Assembly (NCBI GenBank): GCA_965217185.1
Contig: OZ244252.1
Coordinates: 2,016,001-2,080,000, forward strand
Direction of reading: 5' to 3'
DNA from: an uncultured Candidatus Entotheonella sp.
GTDB taxonomy: Bacteria; Tectomicrobia; Entotheonellia; Entotheonellales; Entotheonellaceae
DNA length: 64,000 nucleotides
The translations under genes were made by a program, and so were the position numbers. This document shows positions 20,176-30,690 of this stretch, piece after piece. Each line of letters begins with the position of its first letter. Position 1 is the first letter of the stretch. The notes beneath the pieces were generated by a model. It was given only the letters and a program-made list of their open reading frames with translations, was not told where the DNA came from and ran no database searches.

Positions 20176-21105
20176 GGAAGCGCCAAAAACTGTGGGGCAA
20201 TCAGGCAGCGAGCTGCTCAGCTTTGACTGACCCGTCGCCGACCTTCAGTCCTGGGTACCACTGCTCAAATTTCTCCCGCAAGGTGCCGTCCGGGGTGCGC
20301 GTCCGGGCCTGCAGCATGAGATGAGCCCCACCTTTCGACCACCGCATCTGCTGACGCTTGCCAAAGCGTTTGCCGACAACCGTGTTGATGGCGCTTTCCA
20401 CGAACCCGGTGGAAACGCGCTCGCCGTAGCGCCGCCGCTCGGCATAGTTGGGAATCATGCCTGCGTTACTGCGGATGTAGACCTCGAACTCGCCGGCAGC
20501 TTTGCGCAACGCCTTGATGCCCGTATAGTTCGTCTCGATGTCTTCCAGTTCCATGACAAGTCCCTCGATCGCGCGCCGTCCGTCATGGAGGTTGCCGTTC
20601 CACAGGTAGCCCTTGATCTGGCGCAGGAGACGATCCACGGCCTGCCCCGCTATCGGATTTGTATGGCTTAGTCCCTTGACGTACTGGCGCATGACGGCGA
20701 TGCGCATGGTGATGTGGAACCAGTCCAGCAGGTGCTCGGATGCCGGGGCCATGTATTGCGCCATGTTCCTGACCGTATCGCCGCCGTCGGTCAGGAAGGT
20801 GACGGGCTGATTCTCCTGCCATCCCTGGTCCTTCAAGACCTCGTGCAGGCGGCGGCGCGGCCGAATGTCGTAGGCGTGCACGAGTCCGAGGTAGCGGTTT
20901 GCCCCATCGGCGGGCATCGACTTGGCGACCATGACTTCGAAATGCGGCTGTTTCTTTTCCTGCGAGCGTACATAGCCGCCATCGATGCCGACCGTGATCG
21001 GTCCCTCCGGCAGCGGCATGACGGCTCGGTCACGCGGGCACGTTTCGATGAAGGAGAACTGTTCATCCGCCAGTTCGTCTTCCATTCGCCTGGCGGCCTT
21101 GTGAA
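20176..21105 (-). mobile_element. ISKra4-family element, 5'-truncated transposase (stop 20201)
   Basis: GIDGGYVR, FLTDGG, LDWFH, STGFVES and QQMRWS motifs; end IR GGAAGCGCCAAAAACTGTGG. Confidence 0.85.
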
Positions 21106-21126
21106 GGGCCTTTGAGTAGCAATAGA

Positions 21127-21256
21127 GTAGAGTCGGCGACTGGCGCGGTAGCGGTAGCAGTAGCGGTAGGCCGATGGGGGTAGCTGTTGCCGGCGGTTTT
21201 CGCAATGCCGGTGCCTCACTCCTCGCCGTGGCTCCGTTTCCAGTCGCCGCTCATCA
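21127..21256 (-). ncRNA. Group II intron 3' remnant (domain VI), intron B
   Basis: TGATGAGCGGCGACTGGAAACGG...CCGCGCCAGTCGCCGACTCTAC closing stem with an AC end. Confidence 0.65.
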
Positions 21257-21430
21257 GTAGGGTCGAAAGCTGGCGCGGTAGCCACAGGGTCGGGGAGTCG
21301 CAGTTGGCCGGAGGCTTTCGCCATCATCCGGTACCTCAGTCCGCCCCTTAACCCCGTCTCCAGCTTCCGCCACGTCGTACGCAGCATGCGGATTTCCCGC
21401 ACTACGCACTCCTGCCCGCTTCACGCCAAG
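21257..21430 (-). ncRNA. Group II intron 3' remnant (domains V-VI), intron A
   Basis: GTGCGTAGTGCGGGAAATCCGCATGCTGCGTAC (DV with GAAA tetraloop), then GGAAGCTGG...CCAGCTTTCGACCCTAC. Confidence 0.75.
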
Positions 21431-21473
21431 GGTTATGCGACCCATCAGACCGGGAGTGCTTTCAACCGTAGCT

Positions 21474-21643
21474 GGAGAGCACCAAAAACTGTGGGGCGCA
21501 TCTCATGCTGCAAGTCCGGACGCGAACCCTTGACGGTACGCTGCGGGGAAGTTCGAGCAGTGGTATCCGGCTGAAGGCCGGGGCCAGATCGGTTGAAGCT
21601 GAACCGTGCGCTGCCTGATTGTCCCACACTTTTTGGTGCTTCC
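21474..21643 (+). mobile_element. ISKra4 internal-deletion derivative (MITE)
   Basis: IRs GGAGAGCACCAAAAA / TTTTTGGTGCTTCC; contains a decayed transposase 3' end; flanks GTAGCT/GGAGCT. Confidence 0.75.
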
Positions 21644-21650
21644 GGAGCTG

Positions 21651-21908
21651 ATGGCTACGACCAGCAATTACGCGTTGCGCCTGCTGGCCTCGTTGAAGGC
21701 CGAGGCGCAGCGCGTCGCGGCCGCTGAGGGGACGACGCTGAACCAGTTTATCAACGTTGCCGTGGCGGAGAAGCTGGCGGCGCTGCGTACGGCGCGCTAC
21801 TTCGAGGAGCGCGCGTCGCGGGCGAAGCCGGGTGGCTTTGACCGTCTCATGGAGACGGCGGGTGATGAACCGCCGCGTCCAGGTGACGAAATCTTGCCGG
21901 GTCCATAG
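21651..21908 (+). CDS. HicB-like ribbon-helix-helix antitoxin
   Basis: YALRL..SLK...AAAEGTTLNQFINVAVAEKL...YFEERA pattern. Confidence 0.8.
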   Translation: MATTSNYALRLLASLKAEAQRVAAAEGTTLNQFINVAVAEKLAALRTARYFEERASRAKPGGFDRLMETAGDEPPRPGDEILPGP

Positions 21909-22273
21909 CACGTCGGATTTCAGGTTGCAGCGGCTGTGAAAATGTACGATGTCTATCGGAAAACCTACTTGGCATTGCCCGATGTCGCCGGGAATGACTC
22001 CGCTCAAACGCCTTGTCGCAAATTTTCGTTCCAATGATTGTCACGGGTCAATACCGGGAAGGCAGTCGTCACGAAGGATAACCTGCAGCTCTTTGCCGAG
22101 CGCTCGGATATTCTCCTGCGCCGTGCCAAGGAACTTGGGCTGCGACGCTGACAAGCGCGGTCAGAATCGGCACGGCAAAGGCCGCTACATCTCTGGAGTC
22201 GCAGTGCTCCTCAACAAGCCATAAAGGCGGGACCAGGCAGTATTGGCACTGCTTGTCCCGCCTCGGTTGGTGG

Positions 22274-24067
22274 TCATGGGAGTTCAAACGCCACCAGCGC
22301 GGCGCTTTGCTCGTAATGCAGCAGCTTGTCCGCGAATGCCGCGGCAATTCCCCCACCAACGTAGGAACCATGACCGGAGACGACGGCGACGTATTGCCTG
22401 CCGCCGGCCTCGTAGGAAATGATCCCGCCATTGTGGCCGGAACCGGTGTTGAAGCGCCACAGGACGTTGCCGTTCCTTGCGTCCAGGGCTTCCGCGTAGC
22501 CGTCATAGGTACCGTTGAAGATCAACCCGCCGGCCGTGGACAGCAGCGCCGAGTGCGGCACGATGTCATAGCGCCGCTCCCAGGCCATTTCCCCGGTGAG
22601 CGGGTCCCGCGCCGTGATGAAGGCGTGATAGTTCTCAGGCCCTTCCTTGGTCGGGTCGGCCGGATCCGGCGGCCGGGCCACACCCCAAGTAGCAGACATG
22701 AACGGCTGCGCGAAGGGTTCGGTGATCCGGCTTGTGGCGCCGATGGTGACCGCGTCCTGACCGCCTTCCTTGGCGATAGTCAGCCACATGCACCATTCCT
22801 GCGCAACGCGGTAGAACAGGCCGGTACCGGGGTTATAGGCACCGGCGTTCCAGCTGTGCCCACCCTCGATATGCGGGCACACCAGCGTTTTCACTCCCGC
22901 TTCGGGCCACAACATGTTTTCCCATTCTCCGGTTTCAAGGTTGAACCCGGTGGTCCAATTGATAGCCTTGGTGTTGGGATACACATTGACCGGCTTGCCG
23001 GATTTGCGGTCATGCACGTGGTAAAACCCGTTCTTGCCCACGTGCAGCACCAACTTCTGGCCGTTGCTTTCAAACAGCACGTATTCGCCCGGCGACGAAT
23101 CGTAGTCATACGGGTCGCTGGGCGCTTCCTGGAAATACCAGTTCAGCTTCCCGGTATCCAGATCCAGGGCGACGGTCGAAGACGTGTACAGATTGGCCCC
23201 CGGCCGGTAGGCGTCGGCGTTGACGTCCAGGCAGTCCGACCCACAGTAGTCGAAGTCTGGGTTGGGATTGCCGGTACCAAAGAAAATCTGGTTGTTCTCG
23301 TAATCCACCGATCCGGTTTGCCAGGAACCGCCCCCGCCATACTTCCAGGTGTCGCCTCCCCAGGTCGCCAGAGCGTGCGGGTCACCCCGTCCGGTGGTAT
23401 AGAAGGTCCATTTCACATCGCCGGTTTTGGGGTCCAGGCCGAAGATGCGGCCCTCGACGGGGTACTCTCCGCCGTTCTGCCCAATCACCAGCAGATCCGA
23501 GTTCACAAACGACCCGCCGCCGCTGAAGCCGGCGGTGTCCTTCTGGGAATCCACGATGTTCTGGTCCCAGATGATCTTGCCGGTCTGTTCATCGAGGGCA
23601 ACGACGCGGCCGTCAGCCTGCCCCATGTACACCCGCCCGTCGCCGATGGCCACGCCTCGGGTGTGGGCAAAGAAGGTGCGGGAAATGATCGCGTCATCCA
23701 TCTCCGGGACGTACGCCCAGATCCGTTCCCCGGTCGCCCCATCGAGTTTCCACACCGTCGATGGGTTGACGGGGAGATAGATCATCCCGTCGATGGCCAG
23801 AGGTGTGCTGATCAAACCCATGGGCACCTTGCCGGGCTGAAACATCCAGGCCGGGCGCAGTTGCCCCACATTGCCCGTGTCAATTTGGTCCAAGGGACTA
23901 TGCCGCCACCCCTGATGCGAGCGATTATAGGCGCACCAGTCGCCTGCCGGACAATCCTTGATGCGGCTCGCGGAAGAGTCCGCTAGGACAACCGGAGCCG
24001 CCACCATCGCGGTGAGAACGCACACTACGGCCATATGCCCCAACTTCCTCATGAGCAATCTACACAT
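22274..24067 (-). CDS. PQQ-binding beta-propeller dehydrogenase
   Basis: Signal peptide, HSPLDQIDTGNV, GGEY, GTGNP, NLYTSS, YDYD and GRQYVAV motifs. Confidence 0.9.
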   Translation of the reverse strand: MCRLLMRKLGHMAVVCVLTAMVAAPVVLADSSASRIKDCPAGDWCAYNRSHQGWRHSPLDQIDTGNVGQLRPAWMFQPGKVPMGLISTPLAIDGMIYLPVNPSTVWKLDGATGERIWAYVPEMDDAIISRTFFAHTRGVAIGDGRVYMGQADGRVVALDEQTGKIIWDQNIVDSQKDTAGFSGGGSFVNSDLLVIGQNGGEYPVEGRIFGLDPKTGDVKWTFYTTGRGDPHALATWGGDTWKYGGGGSWQTGSVDYENNQIFFGTGNPNPDFDYCGSDCLDVNADAYRPGANLYTSSTVALDLDTGKLNWYFQEAPSDPYDYDSSPGEYVLFESNGQKLVLHVGKNGFYHVHDRKSGKPVNVYPNTKAINWTTGFNLETGEWENMLWPEAGVKTLVCPHIEGGHSWNAGAYNPGTGLFYRVAQEWCMWLTIAKEGGQDAVTIGATSRITEPFAQPFMSATWGVARPPDPADPTKEGPENYHAFITARDPLTGEMAWERRYDIVPHSALLSTAGGLIFNGTYDGYAEALDARNGNVLWRFNTGSGHNGGIISYEAGGRQYVAVVSGHGSYVGGGIAAAFADKLLHYEQSAALVAFELP

Positions 24068-24313
24068 ACGTCATCCCTCCTTAGAACGGAGCAGTTGCCA
24101 CATGCGAGAAGAAGTACACCTTTAATGGGACATAACACATGCATGAGCCATTATCAATACTGTTCAACTGTGTCTGCATTGCCCATGCCTTCCCGTAAAA
24201 ACTCCCACGGGATGTTTACGTCAAAGGGAGACAGAACAATGGCCAGACCTACGAAGATGGTGCCGGGCAGATATTTTCACAATTCAACGTGATTTCGCCC
24301 GATGCTGCCTGCT

Positions 24314-25228
24314 TTACGTCCGCGCTGCATCCAGCTCCGCTATCTGTTCGGCGGTCAGCGTCAGATCAGCCGCTTTCGCCGAGTCCTCGATGGTCGTCTT
24401 GCGGCTGGCGCCCGGAATCGCGAACACGTGCTCCCCTTTGGAAAGCAGCCACGCCAGCGCGATCTGCTGGGGGCTCACACCCAAGTCGCCGGCGATACGC
24501 CCCACGGCCGACCCCGTCCCGCCCAGGGCTTTTGCCTGCCCCGTGCCGCCGAACGGCCCCCACGCGACGAACGCCACGCCGCGCTCAGCCGAGTCGGTCA
24601 GCGTGCCGGTAGTGTCCGGTTCCGTGCCCGGCGGTGCCGTACCGACATGCCATTCCGGCAGACGATGACGCAGAGAATACTCGCTCTGCACCCCGACGAC
24701 GCCAACCAGCGATCGTGCCGCGTCGATCTGCGACACGCTGTGATTGCTCACCGCCACGTGCGCGATCTTGCCCTCCACCTGCAGCCGGGCGATCTCTCCG
24801 ATGCTGTCGGCCAACGGCACCTGGGGGTCGATACGGTGGTAGTAGTAGATGGCGATCCGTTCCACGCCGAGATTCTTCAACGACTGCTCGCACACGCTGC
24901 GCAGGTGCTCGGGACGGCCGTCGCGCGCCCAGCGGCTATCGGGGCGCAGCAGGCCGCCCTTGGTGGCGATCACGACCCTGGCGTGCGTCTCCGCTGGCAG
25001 TTGTGCCATTGCCTTGCCGAGTAACCGTTCGTTATGGCCAGCTTCGGTGGTGTCGATGCAGTAGCTGTCCGCCGTGTCGATCAGCGTAATGCCGCAGTCG
25101 ATGGCATGATGCACGATGGCGATTGCGTCGTCCTCGCTGGGTCTGGCGGGCGTGAGTGAAAGCGGCATGGCGCCGAGGCCAATCACGCTGACTTCCAGGC
25201 CGGTCGAGCCGAACGGGCGGTATTTCAT
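24314..25228 (-). CDS. Aldo/keto reductase
   Basis: IGLGAM, IDTADSY, IATKGG and IPGA motifs. Confidence 0.92.
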   Translation of the reverse strand: MKYRPFGSTGLEVSVIGLGAMPLSLTPARPSEDDAIAIVHHAIDCGITLIDTADSYCIDTTEAGHNERLLGKAMAQLPAETHARVVIATKGGLLRPDSRWARDGRPEHLRSVCEQSLKNLGVERIAIYYYHRIDPQVPLADSIGEIARLQVEGKIAHVAVSNHSVSQIDAARSLVGVVGVQSEYSLRHRLPEWHVGTAPPGTEPDTTGTLTDSAERGVAFVAWGPFGGTGQAKALGGTGSAVGRIAGDLGVSPQQIALAWLLSKGEHVFAIPGASRKTTIEDSAKAADLTLTAEQIAELDAART

Positions 25229-25357
25229 GGGGCGACTCCTCTATTAGGAAATCTGTCGCTTGTCCGGTGGCACACGTCTCATTACAATCCGCAATGCCTA
25301 TGGCGTTGGCGGATGTTCCTTTCCGGTAAAGGGATTCTTAGCACAGGGGCAACGGCT

Positions 25358-26398
25358 ATGACAAAAACAAATCAAGCCTCCGTTCTTCACGGCGTCGGTG
25401 ACCTTCGCATTGATGAGCGCCCCGTTCCCAGTCCGGCGTCGGACGAGGTGCGTGTTGCGATGCGTTCTGTCGGCATTTGCGGCTCGGATGTCCACTACCT
25501 TGAGCACGGACGCATCGGCAGTTTCGTCGTCGAGGCGCCCATGATACTGGGTCACGAATCATCGGGCATCGTGGAAGCGGTGGGCGGTGGGGTTACGTCT
25601 TTCAGCCCTGGCGATCGGGTGGCTCTCGAACCGGGTGTACCGTGCCGGCGATGCGTCCCTTGCAAATCGGGCCGCTACAATCTCTGCGCTGACGTGCAGT
25701 TCTTTGCCACACCGCCTGTCGATGGCTCGATGGCAACCTACGTCACGCATCCTGCCGACTTCTGCTACAAGCTTCCAGAACACGTGTCGTTGGATGAAGG
25801 CGCCATGATGGAGCCCCTTTCGGTCGGCATTCACGCCTGCCGCCGCGGCAAAGTCGGCATGGGCAGTCGTGTGTTGGTGATGGGCGCAGGGCCGATAGGG
25901 CTCGTCACCGTACTGGCGGCGCGAGCAGCCGGGGCCTCCTATATCGCCCTGGCCGACCCGCGGGCGGAACGGTTGGGTCTGGCTCAGCAAGTGGGGGTCG
26001 ATTATGCCACCAGCGCGGTCGGGCCGACGCTGGCACCTGATCTGGCGGACCGCGCCGGCGGCATGTTCGACGTGTCGGTTGACTGCTCGGGCGCCGAGGC
26101 CGCGGTGCGTGCGGCGATGACCGCCACCCGGTCGGGCGGCAAGGTGGTTCTGGTGGGTCTGGGCCCTGACGAGATGACCTTGCCGATCGTCGAGTCCGCC
26201 ACCCGGGAGGTCGACCTGTTGGGCATCTTCAGGTACGCCAACGCCTATCCGGCGGCGCTTGAACTGATCGCCTCGGGTCAGGTGAACGTCAAGCCGCTTG
26301 TCACCCATCGTTTTCCCATGAGGCAGGTAAGCGAGGCGTTCGACATGGCCAAAACGGGGCGTGACGGCGCGGTCAAGGTCATGGTGACCATCTCATGA
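25358..26398 (+). CDS. Zn-dependent sorbitol/xylitol dehydrogenase family
   Basis: [13 protein letters not shown], four-Cys structural Zn site, GAGPIG and FRYAN motifs. Confidence 0.92.
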   Translation: MTKTNQASVLHGVGDLRIDERPVPSPASDEVRVAMRSVGICGSDVHYLEHGRIGSFVVEAPMILGHESSGIVEAVGGGVTSFSPGDRVALEPGVPCRRCVPCKSGRYNLCADVQFFATPPVDGSMATYVTHPADFCYKLPEHVSLDEGAMMEPLSVGIHACRRGKVGMGSRVLVMGAGPIGLVTVLAARAAGASYIALADPRAERLGLAQQVGVDYATSAVGPTLAPDLADRAGGMFDVSVDCSGAEAAVRAAMTATRSGGKVVLVGLGPDEMTLPIVESATREVDLLGIFRYANAYPAALELIASGQVNVKPLVTHRFPMRQVSEAFDMAKTGRDGAVKVMVTIS

Positions 26399-26970
26399 CG
26401 GTACCCATCGATCTGTCAGGGCACCATGCCGTCGTGACGGGTGCAGGCAAGGGAATCGGCAGGGCGATTGCCCTTGAACTCGCCGCCGCAGGGGCAGGCA
26501 TCTTCGCCGTAAGCCGCACGGAGGCCGACCTGAAGCGTCTTGGCGTCGACGGGGAGGCGCTGGGCAAACCGTATGGCTACGGCGTGGTGGACTTGCGGGG
26601 CAAGGCCGGCGCCGACTGTATTGCGGCCGCGGCGCTGGTCTCCCTGGGACAGGTCGACATCCTGGTGAACAATGCCGGCGTGTCGGACAACGCCCCGGTT
26701 CTGGAGGTCAGCGAGGCGCAGTGGGACGCCACGATGCACATCAACGCCAGGGGCGCCTTCTTCCTGGCCCAGGTCCTCGGCAGGCACATGGTGAAACAGG
26801 GATGGGGCCGCACACAACCTGTCGTCCCAGGCCGGCATCGTGGCGCTGGAGGGGCACGCCGCCTACGGCGCCAGCAAGGCGGCCCTGGACCACACCACCC
26901 GGGTGCTGGCCCTGGAGTTGGGCCCGCACGGCGTCACCGTGAACTCGGTGGCCCCTACCGTCATCCTGAC
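26395..26970 (+). pseudogene. Short-chain dehydrogenase, frameshifted and truncated by a MITE
   Basis: TGAGKGIG and NNAG in one frame, YGASK in another; ends at the MITE IR. Confidence 0.85.
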
Positions 26971-27137
26971 GGGAGTGCCAAAAAGTGGGGGCGATTGCAG
27001 ATTTGTGGGGGTGATGGCATAAATTGAGGAGGGTCGGGTCCGTAAGTATCCACGAGCATTGTTCAACCGAAGGTCCGATGCTGGAGCTCAGCGCTGAACC
27101 CTCTCCTGCCTGAATGCCCCCACTTTTTGGTAGTCCC
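26971..27137 (+). mobile_element. ISKra4-derived MITE
   Basis: IRs GGGAGTGCCAAAAAGTGGGG / CCCCACTTTTTGGTAGTCCC; similar to 15151-15357. Confidence 0.72.
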
Positions 27138-27213
27138 TTAGTAACGGAACAATTGTGGTCGCTAAGGAGGCTGTCGAAAATTAAGTTCCCAGGTTATAGG
27201 CTTTGTATTCTAA

Positions 27214-28543
27214 CTGGAGTTTTGCATTTTGCCTTCTACCCGGTCACGCCTGAGCCAAGACAGCCTTAATCTGTGACATGGACCAGTCGTCATCGCTTAG
27301 TTTGTCCACAATCCAGTCCACTAAGCGTTCGAGAAGTTCTCCCTTCACCGCCCGACAGGCTTCGCCAATCGTCGTCAGCGTTCGACGAGTCCATTCATGC
27401 GGACCGCTCGCGTGCATGGCGTGCATCAGAAGACTGTACGCGGCGCTGACAAGATACACGTGGCGGGTCTGGCCCTTGCCGCTGCGCACCTGACAATCTC
27501 CTAGCCCCAATTGCTGCTTGCCGTCCCGATGAAAGGTCTCGGTGCCCGTCCAACGATGGCGGTACACCCTCAACATGCGAAGTACCTCCCAAACCACCCG
27601 GTTGCTCACCAAGGCCTTGCTCGCCTCAGTCGCAAAACGGTCCTTCCAAAACAACACGATGCGAACCGGGTGACTCAGCGTCGCAAGGCGCATCCGTTTG
27701 CTGAAATACCAGTCGCAACGCTTGCCCACACGCACCGCTTTCTTGTCTGCAAAGGGTATCTGGCCAGCCACTTCTTGCAGCTTCTGTTCTCGGCCCTCAA
27801 AGACCACTTTGCGGTTGAGTTTCAAGGCGCCCACATAATGGCGCTGCTTGGCATGAAGATGGTTCAGTATCTTGGCGTGGGTGAAATAGCTGTCAAAGGT
27901 GACATCGCCGGGAATGTCCCGTGAAAGGACATCGTCAATCAAGTCGAGACACAGCGTCGTGTGATCCTTGAACGCCTCGGACGGGCAGCTGTCCTTTTTC
28001 CTGAACCGTCGCCATTCGATCGGATAATGGCTGCCCGAGGGACAGACGTAGTTGGAAATCAGGTAGTCGTGGGCGATGACGTGGCGCTGCTGGGCATGGT
28101 CCCACAACCAGCCGACATCCTCGATGAGCTTGCCGCTGTGATCGACCAGGGTATTATCAATGGCAATGACGCCGTGAGGGCTGTAGCGGGTCTTCGGGTT
28201 GTCCTGCAACCAGGCCAGACGGCGGTCGTTGAGCACCGCCGCGTCCCAAGACGCCTCGACCAGCCAGCGATTGAGGCAGGATTGATCCGTCGTAACGGCA
28301 AATTGGCGATTGATGGCGCTGATGTTTTTACGCTCTGCCACCATCAAACCGGTGAGATACTCAGCAAAATGCCGCCGGGCGGGTTCGTTGTCAAAGACAT
28401 CGCCGAAAAGGGCCAATGCTTGTTTCACAAGGGTTGGGAAGTCCACAGTCGTCGGCATAAGAGAGCCTCCTGCGGAAGTCTTGGAAGGTAGGAAGAATGG
28501 GACGCGTACTCTACGATAGTCAGGCCAGATTGCAAAACCTCAG
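27214..28543 (-). mobile_element. IS701-like insertion sequence
   Basis: Imperfect IRs CTGGAGTTTTGCA / TGCAAAACCTCAG around the transposase. Confidence 0.7.
27244..28458 (-). CDS. IS701-like DDE transposase
   Basis: YLTGL, IAIDNT, TFDSYF and Y..RW..ETFHRD.KQ.LG motifs. Confidence 0.85.
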   Translation of the reverse strand: MPTTVDFPTLVKQALALFGDVFDNEPARRHFAEYLTGLMVAERKNISAINRQFAVTTDQSCLNRWLVEASWDAAVLNDRRLAWLQDNPKTRYSPHGVIAIDNTLVDHSGKLIEDVGWLWDHAQQRHVIAHDYLISNYVCPSGSHYPIEWRRFRKKDSCPSEAFKDHTTLCLDLIDDVLSRDIPGDVTFDSYFTHAKILNHLHAKQRHYVGALKLNRKVVFEGREQKLQEVAGQIPFADKKAVRVGKRCDWYFSKRMRLATLSHPVRIVLFWKDRFATEASKALVSNRVVWEVLRMLRVYRHRWTGTETFHRDGKQQLGLGDCQVRSGKGQTRHVYLVSAAYSLLMHAMHASGPHEWTRRTLTTIGEACRAVKGELLERLVDWIVDKLSDDDWSMSQIKAVLAQA

Positions 28544-28601
28544 CCATAAGTTCACAACGACTCTGTGTTTTTGCCAATACTGGGGTCGGTTGCGGAAAAG
28601 G

Positions 28602-28690
28602 GTAGAGTCGGCAGCTGGCGCGGTAGCGGTAGGCGGATGGGGGTAGCTGTTGCCGGCGGCTTTCGCATTGCCGGTGCCTCACTCCCCGTC
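28602..28690 (-). ncRNA. Group II intron domain VI remnant
   Basis: Close copy of about 21127-21222, ending GACTCTAC. Confidence 0.55.
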
Positions 28691-28723
28691 ATGTCCCTGT
28701 TACCGGGTGTCGCTCTCCGGTAG

Positions 28724-28880
28724 GGAGAGTGCCAAAAAGTGGGGCGATTGCAGATTTGTGCGGGTGGCGGCATAAGTTGAGGAGGGTCTGGTCCGTATGT
28801 ATCGACAAGCATTGTTCAATCGAAGGGCCGACTGCTGGAGCTCAGCGCTGAACCCTCACCTGCCTGTTTTGGCACTCTCC
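28724..28880 (+). mobile_element. ISKra4-derived MITE
   Basis: IRs GGAGAGTGCCAAAA / TTTTGGCACTCTCC; body matches 26971-27137. Confidence 0.75.
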
Positions 28881-28964
28881 ATCATTAACGAGACAACCGC
28901 CTGAAAACTGTCCGAAGTATTGAATCTAAATTCTGGTTTGAGAAGGGGTAGGGGCCCCAAAGTA

Positions 28965-30580
28965 TCACGCGCTGCGCAGCCGTGAGTTTCGGATGATCAG
29001 GATGGCGAGGAAGGGCAGCAACAGATTGAAGACCGTAAGGCCAACGAGCAGGACGCCAAGCTCGCCATAAGCCGCCGGGGTCGTGATGGTATCCGACGCC
29101 GAGTCGCGGACTTCGCGGGTAATCGTAAAAATCTGGTTGGCGTATTTCGTCCCCAGTTGGCTCAGGGACAGGGCCAAATTGACGAACGACGCCATGACGG
29201 CAAAGAAGGTCGCCTTCAGATGGAAGGGTGCGCTGTTGGCGATCCAGGCCAGCATGGGAATCATGGCGACCTGCCCGAAGGGCGCCTCCAGCGCCAAGTC
29301 AATCACGGCGATAAACCGCGCATCCACGATGCCGTTGCTGTGTGCCGCCGTCCAGTTATGGAGTCCGTAATACATCCCGACGTTCGGGAGCGTCAGGGCC
29401 GTCCCGACAATCGTCAGAAAGCCCACGACGTAGGCGATCGACTTCTCCACCATGAAGCGGCGAAAGATCAACATGCCGCACAAGGCCAGGCTACCGGCGA
29501 TCAGGGACAGCTTGGCGATGAACTGTTGATCGAAGCCCAACACGTCAATTTCCCACCACGTATAGCCTGCTCCCGGTCCGGGCAACGCGCGATATACGAA
29601 AATCACGATGGCGGTACCCACCAAGGTGCGACGCGCTGCCGGACTCAAGCCTTGGATGAGCTTTGTCATGAGAACGGTGACGATGGCCATCGAGCCGACA
29701 AAAATGATCTCCTGATCGTACGGGATCCGGCTTAGCCCCATGGCGAGCGTAAAGAGCACGAAAACGAGGCTGCCGCCAAGGAGCCACCAATTGGCGCGGG
29801 GTGTCTCGTTCTGCGTGTCGAGCAGGCGTCGAATCTCGTCGACGCTGAATCCCTGGCGGTGCAGCCGGCGCCGATGGTTCCGCATCAGCACACCGGCCAG
29901 GGCAACGCCGAGCACGGACATCACCGGAACGAGCAGGGCGAGGGAATAGATATCGCCGTAGGTGGCGACCTGCTCCGCGTCCGACATGCTGCCCACACCG
30001 CGGAAGAGCAGGATGTTGACCAACGACACGGCGATGCCGCCGCCGACGATGGCCATGCGCCCAAGCATTTGCATCGTCGTGTGCATCTCCTTGAGTTCGC
30101 GCTCGTCATAGAGCCGCACGGTCGCATCGACCTTTGGAACGGCCTCGACCGTCATCGCATCGGCGACAACGTCTTGCACCACGTAGCCAATGGGCGCGAG
30201 CAGGGCGCTGAGCACGTACCACGCCTCGACGCTCATGTACGGCATGCCGGCCGCCGTCGACCGGATCAGTGCCAGCATGATCAACAGGCTTGCCGCGATG
30301 AGGGCAGCTCCGACGCAGACCAGCCAGACTTCCAGGGCCAAATCAGGTCCACGAGGTGCCCCAGCGGCATTTTCAGCACCCAGGGTATCCCTGCCCAGAA
30401 GCCGAGCATCGCCAGAAACTCCGCCGACAGCCCGAGGTACTCCTTGATGAAGAAGGTGCCGACGATGGCCGTCAAACCCGAGATGCCCGCTGCCGCGTAG
30501 ACCATGAGCGGCGGTAGATAATCCACGCGAATTTGGCGGCCCAGTTCGACGACGGTGGCAGAGAATTTTCGGATCTGCAT
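28965..30580 (-). pseudogene. BT1 (folate/biopterin) MFS-like transporter, frameshifted near 30325
   Basis: PWVLKMPLGHLVD in one frame, QDVVADAMTVE and further TM helices in another. Confidence 0.75.
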
Positions 30581-30602
30581 GATCTTGTCTCAAAGGTGGA
30601 AT

Positions 30603-30634
30603 GTCGGGTTACGCCTGCGGCTAATCCGACCTAC
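30603..30634 (-). repeat. GTAG-type REP element
   Basis: Reverse complement reads GTAGGTCGGATTAGCCGCAGGCGTAACCCGAC. Confidence 0.75.
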
Positions 30635-30690
30635 GTGTAGCCAAGGCCCTGGTCAGGGTTCGGTTCAGACAGGAGAGAATGTGCTCCGAC

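Noticed and set aside
22253..23986. 577-aa plus-strand ORF and similar long antisense ORFs (30679-32001, 31689-33416, 38399-39859, 41983-43533, 49027-50367)
   Set aside because: They overlap well-supported genes on the opposite strand, as expected in GC-rich DNA.
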